Source: Trichosphaerium sp. ATCC 40318 (taxonomy: Eukaryota > Protista > Tubulinea). From it: a stretch of DNA of 64,000 bases. Both the position numbers and the translations under genes were made by a program. The notes below the pieces were generated by a model. The model ran no database searches. It saw nothing but the letters and a program-made list of their open reading frames with translations, and was not told the origin of the DNA. The number at the start of each line of letters is the position of its first letter. The first letter of the stretch is position 1. The stretch covers positions 62,001 to 126,000 of the forward strand of contig JALMLS010000322.1 of the NCBI GenBank assembly GCA_038496445.1, written 5' to 3'. This document shows positions 1 to 12,569 of this stretch, one piece after another.

Positions 1-435
1 GGTGTGACACAAGCTGGTATTGGACCAATAAGGTACCGGGAAACATTCATAAAAGTAGTCAGTATCTAAACATAAAAAGGTGGATGTCACCAGAAAACAT
101 GAACAAACTGTATTCACCAAAGTCTGATGTTTGGTCATTTGCTTGTTTACTGGTACGGTTTCACTTTGATTAATTTACTACGATTGTCACTGTTAGATAA
201 CTACAAACCTGTACTGACGTTATTATAGTTCGAGATTTTCCATGAAGAAGTACTTTGGGCTGATGAGAACAACTTATTGACACTTGCTGTAGAAATCAGA
301 GATGGAATAAGGGTACCGAGTTTTGATGATCAGATTGTACCTGAAAAGTATCATGACTTGATGAACTCATGTTGGTCATTTGAACCAAATGATCGCCCGT
401 CAATGGACACTGTATGTAAACTACTTACAAACTAA
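1..435 (+). CDS. 3' end of receptor tyrosine kinase (partial; tandem paralog of 627..5000)
   Basis: Spliced frame GVTQAGIGPIR|WMSPENMNKLYSPKSDVWSFACLL|FEIFHEE...CWSFEPNDRPSMDTVCKLLTN*; near-identical to 4565..5000. Confidence 0.9.
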
Positions 436-626
436 ACAAACATTTGTGTATCAATGCATAACTTGATACCGGCTCAGCGACAACATCATGTCCTGTAATA
501 ACTAGTTGTTGTATCAACATTTCTATGAGCCAGTAGGAGTGAAGTGATAGACGTAAAGTGAACTAGATTAAAAATGTGACTTAAACAAACAAGCTTATTT
601 TACCGTAGTAACTATAAAACGACCAC

Positions 627-3600
627 ATGCCTGAACTGCTGGTAAAGCTGATCGTTTTAATGGCTCTAGCTCAATGTATAGCTTCAAGGTGTTTGTACCA
701 CACAGACTTCCAGCCAAGGAGCTTAGGAAATGAAGAAGGTGATACAAACATTTACGTATATGATGTAACATTAACCCCGAACGTACCAACTCCTTTTCCA
801 TCCGCTTCAAGCGGACTGATCTTAAAATTGAACGGTTTGCATGTGACAGGAAGCACAATGTACGTATTCAATAGTTTAGGCGTCGCTGTAAGGTGTCTGA
901 TGTTCCAAAAGAGTGAAAGATAGATTCCTGTATGTGGTAACGTACAGCCAACAAATCATACGAATTGACCTCACAGACACGTCGCCAGAGCCCGTGGTGG
1001 TTGTTAATAGTATTTCAAGCTTATCATCATCCTTCGGGTACAAATCAAAAAAACCTTAATGAGCTCTTACCTCGCTCCTACTCTGGATACTTTGGAATCT
1101 TCTAATTAATTTGTTGAAATTTTCAACAAAAAAAATCAAAACGAAACGTTTTTTGCACCTTGCACGTGTTCAATGCCTAAAAAGGCTAGGAACTGAAGAA
1201 CTTTTTTTTTTTTTTGATAACATTAATTAATTCTTCAAAGGTGTATGGGGCGGTACACGTCACCAGCAGGACTTGGTGCTGACAAGAGCGGTGATTTTTT
1301 GTACACGTGTTGTGACTTTACAGGTGAAATGACTGGAGAAGGGCTAGTAAAAATAGATATTAGGAATAACATACTTGAGGTACAGTCGTAGTTTATTTAT
1401 TACAAACCCTTACTAACATGGTTTTTTTTATAAAAGGGCACTGGTGTACCTCTTGATATTAGTAGAGACTTTTTATTTTGTGATTCTATTAAAGAAGTTG
1501 ATGATGGCAACGCTTTCACAGTAATGAGCTTTGATGCCTTAATAGTACGACACACTTACAAAACAACCTGTTGCTGTTTCCCATACTCATCCGATTATAG
1601 AAGTATTTTCCTGCAAATAACTCTCATGAATTATTCATCGGAGATAGCTTTAGACCACTTGTTGGTGGTTCTCAACACAGCGACAGTACGTTTGTGTGTA
1701 ATTATAAAAACTTCAAAATTCCAAACCAAAAGTATACCTTTCACACAAGTTTTAACGTTGACCAAGATAAATTTGTGACTGGAAATAAAAGAAATGGCTA
1801 TGGCATGTTCTTAAATTACAAGGTAATTTATCAAAAAATTCAGACAATGAGAGATTTGACCTGAGATAACGCTATTTTGAGTTAGCGCTAAGCCTGATTT
1901 TTCGGGATGGTTTGTGAACATTAGGTAGACCTCGTGCAACTCTGCAAGCTATCTATTAGTGTGCCCGTATGGAGTAATTTATGTGATCATAAGATCAGAA
2001 AGTCACATGCGTGCTACAAATCGGGGTGGCGTTTTAAAAGTGGCTTAAAGTTAAAATAAAATAGCGCTATTTCAGGTCAAATCCTTAAGGTCATTTCTTC
2101 TTCCTTACAACTTTATGTGTAGGTTAATGGCGAATACAATCAGATACCGTATGGACCTAACTTCACAATTGTTAATAATGCACAAGACAACACTGTCGAC
2201 ACAGACACTGGTATACTTTACACAGTATCTTTCTTTAATGACAAGGTAAACATCAAGAAGTCATCTGTTCGCACCACTAACAGCTTCCCTTAACACTAAA
2301 GATTGTTGCCGTAGAACTTAGTTCAGGCAAACTTCTGGGTACTGTTTCTATTCCTACTTTGAGAAGTAGTTCCTCTCAGGTACATCAGATAAATGCAAAC
2401 AAACTCAATTTACAGCGTACATAGTACATCAATATTGGACCTTGTCCAAGCTTGCCGGTAACTACTTCTCCAACAAATGCTCCAACAGCAAGTCCTACGA
2501 CGAAAGCTCCTACTACTGTAACTCCTACTACCAATCCTACCACAGAGTCGCCTACAGTTACAACACCACAACCGACAAACTCACCAACAAGAGTACCAAC
2601 ACCAATACCAACGGCAATACCAACGTCAACACCAACGGCAGTGCCAACCAACTCGCCTACAGACTCTCCAACAATAGCTCCAACTGATCCACCTACTCCA
2701 GAGCCAACAGGTACGAAGCAATACTGTTAATTGGCCTAACACTCTATATAAAGCGCCAAGCATAGCTCCAAACCCTCCCATATTTGTACCAGTAGGAACT
2801 CCAACAGACGTACCAGCTTTGCCAACTATGAGTGGTTCACCAAGTGCAGTAACTCCTGGTACTCTTTATAAATAACATACCGGAGAAACTAAAAGTACTG
2901 GTAGGAAATAGAGTACAGATCAATGCACAATTTGAAGTTGATACAACTTTGGATGTTAATAGTGCCCTCACATCAATTCAAGAAGGACTAAAGTCAGTTA
3001 CACGCAACAATTTGGGTCTACCAACTTCTTCTTTTGATGACATATTCAAAGAGTTTTCTCTCATACTTTCATTAAAACGACAAACATCTTACACTCTTTC
3101 TCTCATTACAATACAACCTGATTCAAGTATTCTATCTCAAGGTACCCAACCTCGCTTTCAAACCATGGATTCACATACACAATAGATATCGCTCCATACA
3201 CGTGTTGTGTTTTGAAGTTCATGTCATCTCAAGTATTCGAAGATACAACATTTCCTGGTATTACAGTTGACACATGTACTCGTATGTTCATTATCTTGAT
3301 ATCAATCTTGAACTCATTATCGCTTAGCTGCAACATCAGAATCTATTTGTGTGTCAACAAACACAGGCAATACAACCCCAAATGATGGCTTCTCTTATCT
3401 GGGCATTATCATTGGTGTTGTTATTGCTGTACTTGTTCTTCTTGCCATTATCATCATTGTTGTATTCTACTTTTCAAGGAAAAGGGTACAACGCATACAA
3501 TCCAATGTAAATTGTAATTGACGTAAGTTTAGAAGACACCGAATGCGGGGCAAACAGCAAGTGGTAAGGAATGGAGAAGATATGGAGAACTAATTTTGAT

Positions 3601-5000
3601 ATAGTAAAACACGTGACTACAAATGACCCAAATGAGAAATACGGACATATTCATCTATCAAGCTGTGAGCTTCCCAACACTGAGGCTCCAACCATTTACA
3701 ATTATTAGTTAACCATACAGAAACTAAGCCAAAGAAGAAAAGCGGTGCTGTGGAAGCATCACATATTTCTACAGTTGAATCATCACTGCGTACAGAGCAA
3801 GATGAAGAATCTTCATCTGAAACTCAACGTATAATGAAAGGTAGCATTTACGAGTCTAAAAGATGTTTGTAGGTATAGTCACACGCCACATGTCTCGTAA
3901 TTGGATCATACAGTTTGAAGATTTGACTTTTGGACAGAAACTTGGATCAGGTACTCATGTTTCTCCGAATTTGAATCGCTAATGTCTTTGGCTATACAGG
4001 AAGTTCTGGTATTGTAACAAAAGGAAAGTGGCGATACAACAATGTAGCAATAAAGAGTTGTAACAGTGTAAGTAACGACAGTTTCTACGCTGAAGCACAA
4101 CTCATGGTTGAACTCAGACCTCACAATAATGTCGTACAGGTACAAGGTATCTAAATGAGCACTATCAACAAACGCATTGCTTAGGTGTATGGAGTTAGTG
4201 TACATGATGATACTTATTTCTTGGTCATGGAGTTTATGGAAGGTAGATAATATTTAGACTAACACTTACTAGAGTTACTGATTTATCCGCTTCTAGGTGG
4301 TTCTCTTGATTCACTATTGTATGATGAAACGTTCTCATTTGAAATGTCAGAAAAAGAATCTATCATTCTTGGTATTGCAAGAGGTCTTCTCCATCTTCAT
4401 GAAGAAGGTATTGTTCACAGGTATGCATTAGACACCGCATGGAAATACGTGTTTATGGAAGTGTTAAGGGACTTGGCAGCACGTAATATACTTCTTGATA
4501 AGAGTCGTACTCCAAAGATCAGTGATTTTGGTATGTCGAGACTACTTGGAGCGAGATATGACGCTGGCGTCACCAACGCAACATTTGGACCGATAAGGTA
4601 CAAAAAGCAGCTAATCCTATAATACCTTACAAAACACAAAAGGTGGATGTCACCAGAAAATATGAACAAACTGTATTCACCAAAGTCTGATGTTTGGTCA
4701 TTTGCTTGTTTACTGGTACGGTTTTACTTTTGATTAATTTACTACGATCGTCACTGTTAGATAACTACAAACCTGTACTGACGTTATTACAGTTCGAGAT
4801 TTTCCATGAAGAAGTACTTTGGGCTGATGAGAACAACTTATTGACACTTGCTGTAGAAATCAGAGATGGAACAAGGGTACCGAGTTTTGATGATCAGATT
4901 GTACCTGAAAAGTATCACGACTTGATGAACTCATGTTGGTCATTTGAACCAAATGATCGTCCATCAATGGATGCTGTGTGTAAACGACTTACAAATTAAT
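627..5000 (+). CDS. Receptor tyrosine kinase: signal peptide, beta-rich ectodomain, Pro/Thr mucin stalk, single TM, Tyr-kinase domain (multi-exon)
   Basis: MPELLVKLIVLMALAQCIA signal; PT-rich ORF 2452..2730; TM LGIIIGVVIAVLVLLAIIIIVVFYF at about 3400-3475; GSGSSG, VAIK, HRDLAARN, DFGMSR, GPIRWMSPE motifs. Confidence 0.9.
1853..2083. mobile_element. MITE-like element inside an RTK intron
   Basis: Terminal inverted repeats GATTTGACCTGAGATAACGCTATTTT vs reverse complement GATTTGACCTGAAATAGCGCTATTTT (24/26), imperfectly extending to about 42 bp; host intron 1823..2121 is far longer than typical. Confidence 0.65.
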
Positions 5001-5237
5001 AAGTATTTGTGAATCAATACTGATAACTTAATACAATCTCATATTTTTCCTTTCTTTACAAATAAGGCGTGTACTTTTTGGAGTCATTAAAGTCGGTTAA
5101 GCCGTCAAAAGCTGGATAGAGCTAAGTAGCTATCAGACGATGACCACTTAGACCTACCTCCTTAGGCAGATTTTTTGGTTGTCATACCAAGTAACAGGAA
5201 ATCAAGAGAAAAACAGTTGGATTTTGAAACTTTTTGT

Positions 5238-6617
5238 TTATGTCTCGGTGTTATAGTCAAACTCTGAGGAGTTTGTAAAATTGTGAATGTCAATAGCAAC
5301 TTCACAGCTCTCTCTTACGACCTATTGAATAACAACTTAGATATATTGTGGATCAAGAAAGACGAGTAAAAAACGTACAGCTGCTGAATCCTTTGCAAAA
5401 GTTTGTAATACAGGCATTGATTTATCGTCTCCTATAGCGCCTATGGCCTCAGCTGCTTCATGTCGAACCATCATATGCTCTGATTGATCTTGGAGAACCT
5501 TTTGAAGGGCAGGAACAGCTGCAGGGTGTTGACATTGTCCCAAAACCTTTAGAGCTAAATTAAAAGAAAACCCCCAATAAGGCTGCTCGTACATATGCCA
5601 ATTCGTGTTTAAATAGTGCGCTATCATCATTGAAGCCTTCTGTAATTGCCTAACGGAAGGTTGAGCTTGTTGTTATCATCGGTGATCGTACAAGAACAGC
5701 ATCAGTAGTACATAAATTTCGCAAAGCGAAGAGTGCTCTGTATCGTTGAAAAATCGTCTTTTTTGTGTTTAGTAATAATGCCTTTAGCTTTGCAACATCT
5801 TTAGAGTCATCTATAGGAGGTGCAGGATCTATACTTTGGTATGTATCGTTTTGTTCATTTAAATGTGCCTTCTGCCTTAGCATAAAAGTAAGCGGTTTTT
5901 TGATGAAAAAAAAGAAGTCAAATAAGGAATGTGCTACACGTGGGTTCTCACTTACTTGTTTTTTTGTTTCCAGTCGATAAGCTCTATCGCAACAACACAT
6001 GTTTCTGCAATCTAAGGAACGTATAAGGTTGAATACTGACCTTAAATGAAAAAAAAAACATGGCGCTTTAGAAGAGCGCGAGACAACGTGTTGGCTCCAG
6101 AGTTACTGAAACTAGGTCTATTTTTTCTGTTTGGATTTTTTCCGAGCTTCTGGAGCTAGGAATATTTTAGCAAAATGCGTACTTCTGGTAGACTGTGACT
6201 AGTGTACTTTTTGAGTACATCAACGCTTTCAGGGGATCCAATAGCGCCCAAAGCTTCACCAGCCTTTTAAACTGTTAGAATATGGAAGTCTACGCGTAGG
6301 GTACCTCGTGGCGGACCATAGAATTGAGTTTTTCATTTTCCAAGGCGTTTACAAGGAATGGGTTAGCTCTTGGATCATTCATTTGCCCCATGCAGTACGC
6401 CACTTCATGTGCTAGCAAAACAGAAGGGTCTGCAAGTGCTACACGAGGTTAGAAAAACTGTAGTTACGAAACGTAACATTTACGCACAATTAGCCAGCGC
6501 AACAATAGCAGCCTCGCCTCCCATGTTTTTTAAAGCAAAAATTGCTCTAGTACGTTTCCACATTGGTGCTGTCGTGTCTTCCAGTTCACCTTGAAGTTTA
6601 GATACATTTGTGGCCAT
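5238..6617 (-). CDS. DOHH: Deoxyhypusine hydroxylase (multi-exon)
   Basis: HEAT repeats with LLAHEVAYCMGQM, MVRHEAAEA, SIDPAPP, RYRALFALRN, LFKHELAY|VLGQ and VRESCEVA motifs. Confidence 0.95.
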
Positions 6618-6758
6618 TTTTGAGTGTTTGGTTTGTAATACGCGGTTGACTTAAGGGACATATTTGTGCGCTTACATTTGGAGCACCCTAGCCTCAAATC
6701 AACGCAGTAGCGTATATTTCGAGCCTGTCATTGTTGTAATAATTCAATATCTTACAGC

Positions 6759-9742
6759 ATGTTCTCGACACGCACAAATAACTACTCTGGAACGCCAGTA
6801 CGCTTGTTTTGTTTCGTTACAATATTGATTTGCGCAGCGATCGTACAACCCTTTCCAAAGCACTGGACAGTCTGGCTATGGTAATATGGGAGGCATGCCT
6901 TATCAACAAGGTGGCATGTCACAAACCATTGGAGATCGCATTTTAACGTGCTCAGACGCGAAAAAGCGCTACTTTGGTTCGTTTTGTTTATTACATTCAC
7001 CAATCAGATTATTGCCGTTAATTTTACTTTATACTAGACCTCGACACTTATGCCAAGAACCTACTGATGAATCGCGAAAATCCTGAAGAGTTTACCTCAT
7101 TTTTCCCTAAACTTATCACCGCTTTATTTGGTGGCGCAGGATATAGCAGGTACGCTTAATAACACCGAAATATGCAGTGTCAATACAAAATCGCGCCAAA
7201 ACATTTCTGAAATTCAAAATAGTGGCGGCTGGATGGCACAAGGAACCGAAAAAGACGTACTGACAAATTCGTTGTCTCCTACAAGTCCTTTCTTTACCAC
7301 TTTAACCCATTTCATGTGCGATTGGAATACAGTGTACGAATATCCTATTACTGACCTACCAGTTACGTAACATCACATATTGGAATACAAAACACCACTT
7401 CAAGAGCCCAAAATCGCAAACAAAAACAAATCCTGACTTTCCACTTTTTTTGATACAGTTGTTGACGTATTTATAGGTTTCAGTACAAAGGCGTCTCGCT
7501 AATGGCAACATGAACCAGCTTCCTCCTTTTTTTAAAAACAAGAGATACTCTCCTGACTCTGTTTCTGTTGGTATCCTGTTTGCTCTTTTTTTTTTCTTTT
7601 TTTTTTTTTTTTCTGACATTTGATTTGCGCTATTCTTCTTTAACTGGTCTGAGATGTCATGGAATATTACTTATTTGAATTTGCACGGTTTGCGCTTTGC
7701 AGTCCAAGCTCTTCCGAAACATATAAGCAAGTTTTAAAGTGCTACTTGGACTATTTCTTTCCACACAGTGGTTCTGTTAATGTACGGTGTATCAATCTTT
7801 ATCGTGTTTGACACTTCATGTTATAGACCTTATTTTCTGGTGATCACCAACGTACAAGAAAATTGACACATACTATGGTTGCCATTTTGGCAGAGTACTG
7901 GATGGACACGGTAAGCTTTTTTTTGTTTAACTTTTTTTTTGGCTTTTTTGATGTTTGTTTGATTGGCTTTGTTTCAAGTATACATACCTTCTGTTGATAC
8001 CTGATTTAGGGGAAGTTATTCAAGACTACTATTTCAGCCACACAGATTTTGTTTATACACATAAGCACTATGCCTACGTTTTTCTCTCAAGGTGATGATG
8101 AAAACAGTTTCGAGTTGGAGTGTGTTGGATACCTTAGGTTTAAACTATACAAGCTACTATCCAATATGTTAAAAAGAAGCTATTGGGAAGTATGCTCATT
8201 CTCGAAAACTGCATTTACATGGGTACGATGGAAGCAGTGAATCTTCCTTTTTTTTCTGTGAAGTTTGACACGTTTTTTGTTCTTTAGTTGATTGACCTTT
8301 GGAATTTTTACATTTCTCCAAGGCCAGGGTATGTTTATATCTATGTGAATAGATACAATATAATTATATGCGTAAATCACTAAACGTGTTTTTTCCAGCT
8401 GCAACACACATTCATGGATTAAAACAAACTTCTTATTCTACACACCAAAATTTATTGATTATCTCACCATGGCTCTTGATTTTGATTACACAAAAGCCCG
8501 TGATATTAATTTACTATATGATGTGCGTATTGAAGTAAAGATACTGTTATTAGGTTACCTTACAAGAATTATATTAGATTGTCTATATATTCCACGAAAA
8601 CAGGGACACCATCTTAAACGTTGAAGAAGAGTATCACAGTACGCTAAAAATTTTAAGAAGAGTAACAATTACAGCCTATTTAAATTGGTATTTCAAAAAA
8701 TCATGCATTTATTTATCAACTCGTACTTCTGTGAAATTTGTGGTTCGCGACATTCAATTTACCGGCGCAGTTTGAGTTCAACTACTATTTTTCCTTGCAC
8801 CTCACAGAAATACCTTACGCTGTATTCTGCGGTAAACACCGGCCGCGATTTTCTTGGGTAGATTCGATAATGTTTTAATTAATTATTATTTATTATTATT
8901 TTTTTTGGTTACTGATGCTTTCTTAAGACTCTATGTGGTCACATGAAGAGTTTGCTGTTGCTTTTGATGTTGAACCTAGCTTTGAATATATCCCGTTACA
9001 CCATGGATCTCATATTAATCTCGCCATGAAACTCATAGGTATCCTAAAAGGATACAGGGTATGTTCTTATAGTATAACTATTATATGTTCTTACTTTTTT
9101 CCTTTCTTCATCTTTTTGTTGTACTAAGTGGCAATGTCTAGAGCGATAGTCTTGTAACTACTACTATTGGTGCTATTGCTAGAATTTTTAATATTGATGA
9201 AGAAACATGTGATAGAATCCCAGCAGAGGCAAAGAATCAGACTTTTTTTACACAAATATACGGACCTGAGACGGACAACAGAAACTATCTCACAGATGAA
9301 GGAAGAGCCCAAGTCAGAGATGGTAAACTTAAATGCGATCTTAATGGTATAGATTATATAGGGAATTGGCATTTACGACCTGTCACAGTGTACGTTTCTC
9401 ATTTCTTCTTCAAAGTTTGCTCCGCTTTTTTATTTTTATTTTTTGGATAGTTCTACTTTGATTTTGTTTTGTTGATGTCTGGCTTCCTAATGCTTTTTTT
9501 CGTTTAGATGGGAATGGTCTGTGCTTGTTAAGCTTTTATTCATTATTAGCCGCATTATTGAGTATTTTACTGGTAGATGGATTAACTTACGTCCACTTGC
9601 TTTTATTCCATATTGGGTTTGTACAATTATTGTATTTTCCCTTATTTTCTTCTTTTATATTTTCATTGTAAGTATTATTGATGTAATGAACCAACCTTCG
9701 ACACCACCTATAGACTGGGAGAAGTTTAAGGATTTGGTGTGA
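6759..9742 (+). CDS. SMPD4: Sphingomyelin phosphodiesterase 4 (neutral SMase3)-like protein (multi-exon, C-terminal TM)
   Basis: FPKLITALFG..GGW, YEYPITDLP, MEYYLFEFA and C-terminal LVKLLF..WINLRPLA plus TM resemble SMPD4 family motifs. Confidence 0.7.
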
Positions 9743-10079
9743 ACGTCACTGTGTCCGAAAAAAAAACACAATAAAAATCCTCATTTGTAATTGCTGTTGT
9801 ACAGGTGTAGCTACTCAACAGGTTTTTTTATCTTCATAAGTATTTGATTTCAAATCATCATAGAATGTGCTTGTGGGGATGTAGTAGCGGTCTGTTGATG
9901 CTAGTCTGTGAAACGTTGAAAATGAGCTAAACAACAATAAATTAACAGTAGCTAAGGAAGTGTTGTGACTGTGTTATGTTTAACTTGGATTATGTTTTTT
10001 GAAATATCTCAAAAAAAAAAAAAATGCAACAACAATAGAAATTAGCCGCTATAACTAACAGCATTAAACTAGCCAACTT

Positions 10080-12170
10080 TTATTCTGAACTACCAACAAA
10101 TTGAGCAATCTTGAGTTGCATATATGCATTGAAGCGCTTTCTTGTACATGTCAACCCTGTGTTAGACGCTTTCACTCCTTTCAAATGAAGGATGTACAAC
10201 TCAAAAAACTGAGCAGGAAGTGGAAAATGCTGCGCATTGCTACCAGGTTCTTCAGCATCTAAACAAGTACTTAGTGTATACAAAATTGCTTTTTTGGTGT
10301 ACTGCATGTTATTGTTGGATCCTTAGTTGCGACGATTGTTTGTATATAGTAACTCAAGCTGTTTTTTGGCCTCAGTTTTGCAAGAGTCTCAGTAACAGAA
10401 ACTGCCTCCTGGAGTTTTCCTGTTTCAATAAAACTCAATGCTTGCGCGGTGTGTATAACCCATCTATCGTCTGCCATAATCTCCTAGTTCTTAAGTAAGA
10501 TCCTTAAAAGATAACGTGATGTTTTTACCTTCATCAAATGAGCTGGCATTATACCAACACCACATTCAAGTGCTATTTTTGAATACTTGATACACTCCTC
10601 GAACTCACCCAAAGCAAGTAGTCCCAACACCAAATCTTAATAAAAAAACGTTGTTAGTGTCATGTGATGCTGCAAAATCACAAAAAAATACCATCAGCGC
10701 CCTCTCTTGTTGGTTTTGAAGCGACAGCTTTTTTAAGAGATTCAACGCCTTCTTTATACTCTCCTGCTAGACAAAGAATCGATCCATAGTATTGCCAGCC
10801 AGTAGGTTCATTAAACATATCAGACGCTTGTTTCATAATCTTTACAGCCTCTTCAGCTCTCTTAGTACTGTAGAAAAGTTAAGACTCGTTGAGATAAATG
10901 ACATTAAGGTGACGTACTTGACATAAACATTAGCCATTGATGTAATAGTGATGTAATTATTGGGTTTTCCCTCGATGATAACTTGATTTTTTGGATCGCT
11001 CTCCAGTACTTTATTGTACCACTTCAAGGAAGCGTCAAAATTTCTCTTTGCAACAAAGCAGTCTCCAACAAGTCTAAAAACATTGTTACTACACATATAG
11101 GGTCACAATGGATATACGAACTTACCTGGTGGCAAGAAATTGAATCTCCTCTCCAGAACATAGTGATATTGCTTTTTGCAATTGTTCAATTGATTGGTCG
11201 TACTTCTCTAATCACGTGTTAATGAATACGTAAAAGAGGGTTAGGGTGATAACTCACGAAGTTGTCTATACAAGAGTCCACGCTCATAGTATCCTCTGGG
11301 AAGATTAGGATACAAACCTATTGCCGAATTATAATGGCTTAGAGCTGTTTCTAGTTTATTAAACCGTCTCATAATTGTCCCTCTTCGCCTAGGTTTTTAT
11401 ATAAGATACAGTATTACAGTGGGTACCGATTACCAATAGGCTTCATAAACGACAGGAGAAGGAACAGCTGAGGAACGTCCAGTAGAATCAACAGTTTGTA
11501 CAGCGAGATTTATTACACTTGCAAAATCTTTCAGCGCTGTGACAACAAAGTTAGGTGGACCTCATGTATCTACCTTACCTTTTATAGCCCCATCAGGTCC
11601 TACCTGGGACAGCAGATGTTTCTGGATTAATGTCGCACGACCAAACTGAGCATTGACATTATTAGGCGCTTACAGAAAACAAATTAGCTGAGAAAGTGTG
11701 CAAGGACTATAGTATACTTACAAATTGACAATGCTCTGTCAAAGTCATTGAGAGCCTCTTGAAATCTTTCCAAGAAGCAATACACTGTTGCTCGGTTACT
11801 AATAACAACAGTGTTATCTGGAGAGTGCTCAATGACGTCATTGTAGTCAGACAATGCTTCCTAGAAGAGTGTCATTAAAACATTACTTTCTAAGAAATAC
11901 ACGTGTCTTAAGCTAAAAATCAGCCGAAGCTCTGTTTTGTACCTGATAGCGCTCCAAATGGCGGTAACAAAGACCTCGATTTGTTTTAACGTTGACAAAG
12001 TCAGGAAATAGCTCTAAAGCCTCGTTGTATTTTTCAATAGCTTTTTCGTGCTCTCCACGCTGCATAAGCGCTATTCCAGCTGTATGAGCTTCTTGAGCTT
12101 CTTGAGTCGGTATGGGGTCACTTTCTGTTCCATGGATGACGTACAAGTTCGAAATAGGTTTATCGCTCAT
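10080..12170 (-). CDS. Tetratricopeptide-repeat protein (multi-exon)
   Basis: Repeated TPR units: AGIALMQRGEHEKAIEKYNEALELFPDF..NRGLCY; SNRATVYCFLERFQEALNDFDRAL; GDCFVAKRNFDASLKWYNKVLESDPKN. Confidence 0.85.
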
Positions 12171-12569
12171 GATGTCTTAGTTGACACTGGTGTTTTCATT
12201 TTCCAACTTAACACAACTCTTAAGGTACGCTTTTACAAGAATTGATCTCTGACTGTTTACAAACTTGGAAAAGATGGTTTGAATCACTTTTACTTCAAAC
12301 ATTATCTAAGTGCTACAACTTTTTAACACTACATTTAGGTGTTTTTTAATAGTTGTACAACTATAGCGATGCTACACCAGTAGGACAAATATCTCAAGTG
12401 CTGACCCTGACGCCACAGTTCAATACTACATTTACTCTAGCAATAGGTTGTACTGTGTAAGAAACCAAGATAGCTGTTGTGAACCTGGGCAATCTAGGTT
12501 TGTGAGCTCGATTCTGGCAAGGATGAGAAATAAGATGTACTGGGGTACCTTTATTGTGTACAACAATAT

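Noticed and set aside
2385-2687. Val/Gly-rich and Asn/Ser-rich ORFs
   Set aside because: Antisense/alternate frames of the Pro/Thr stalk exon of the RTK
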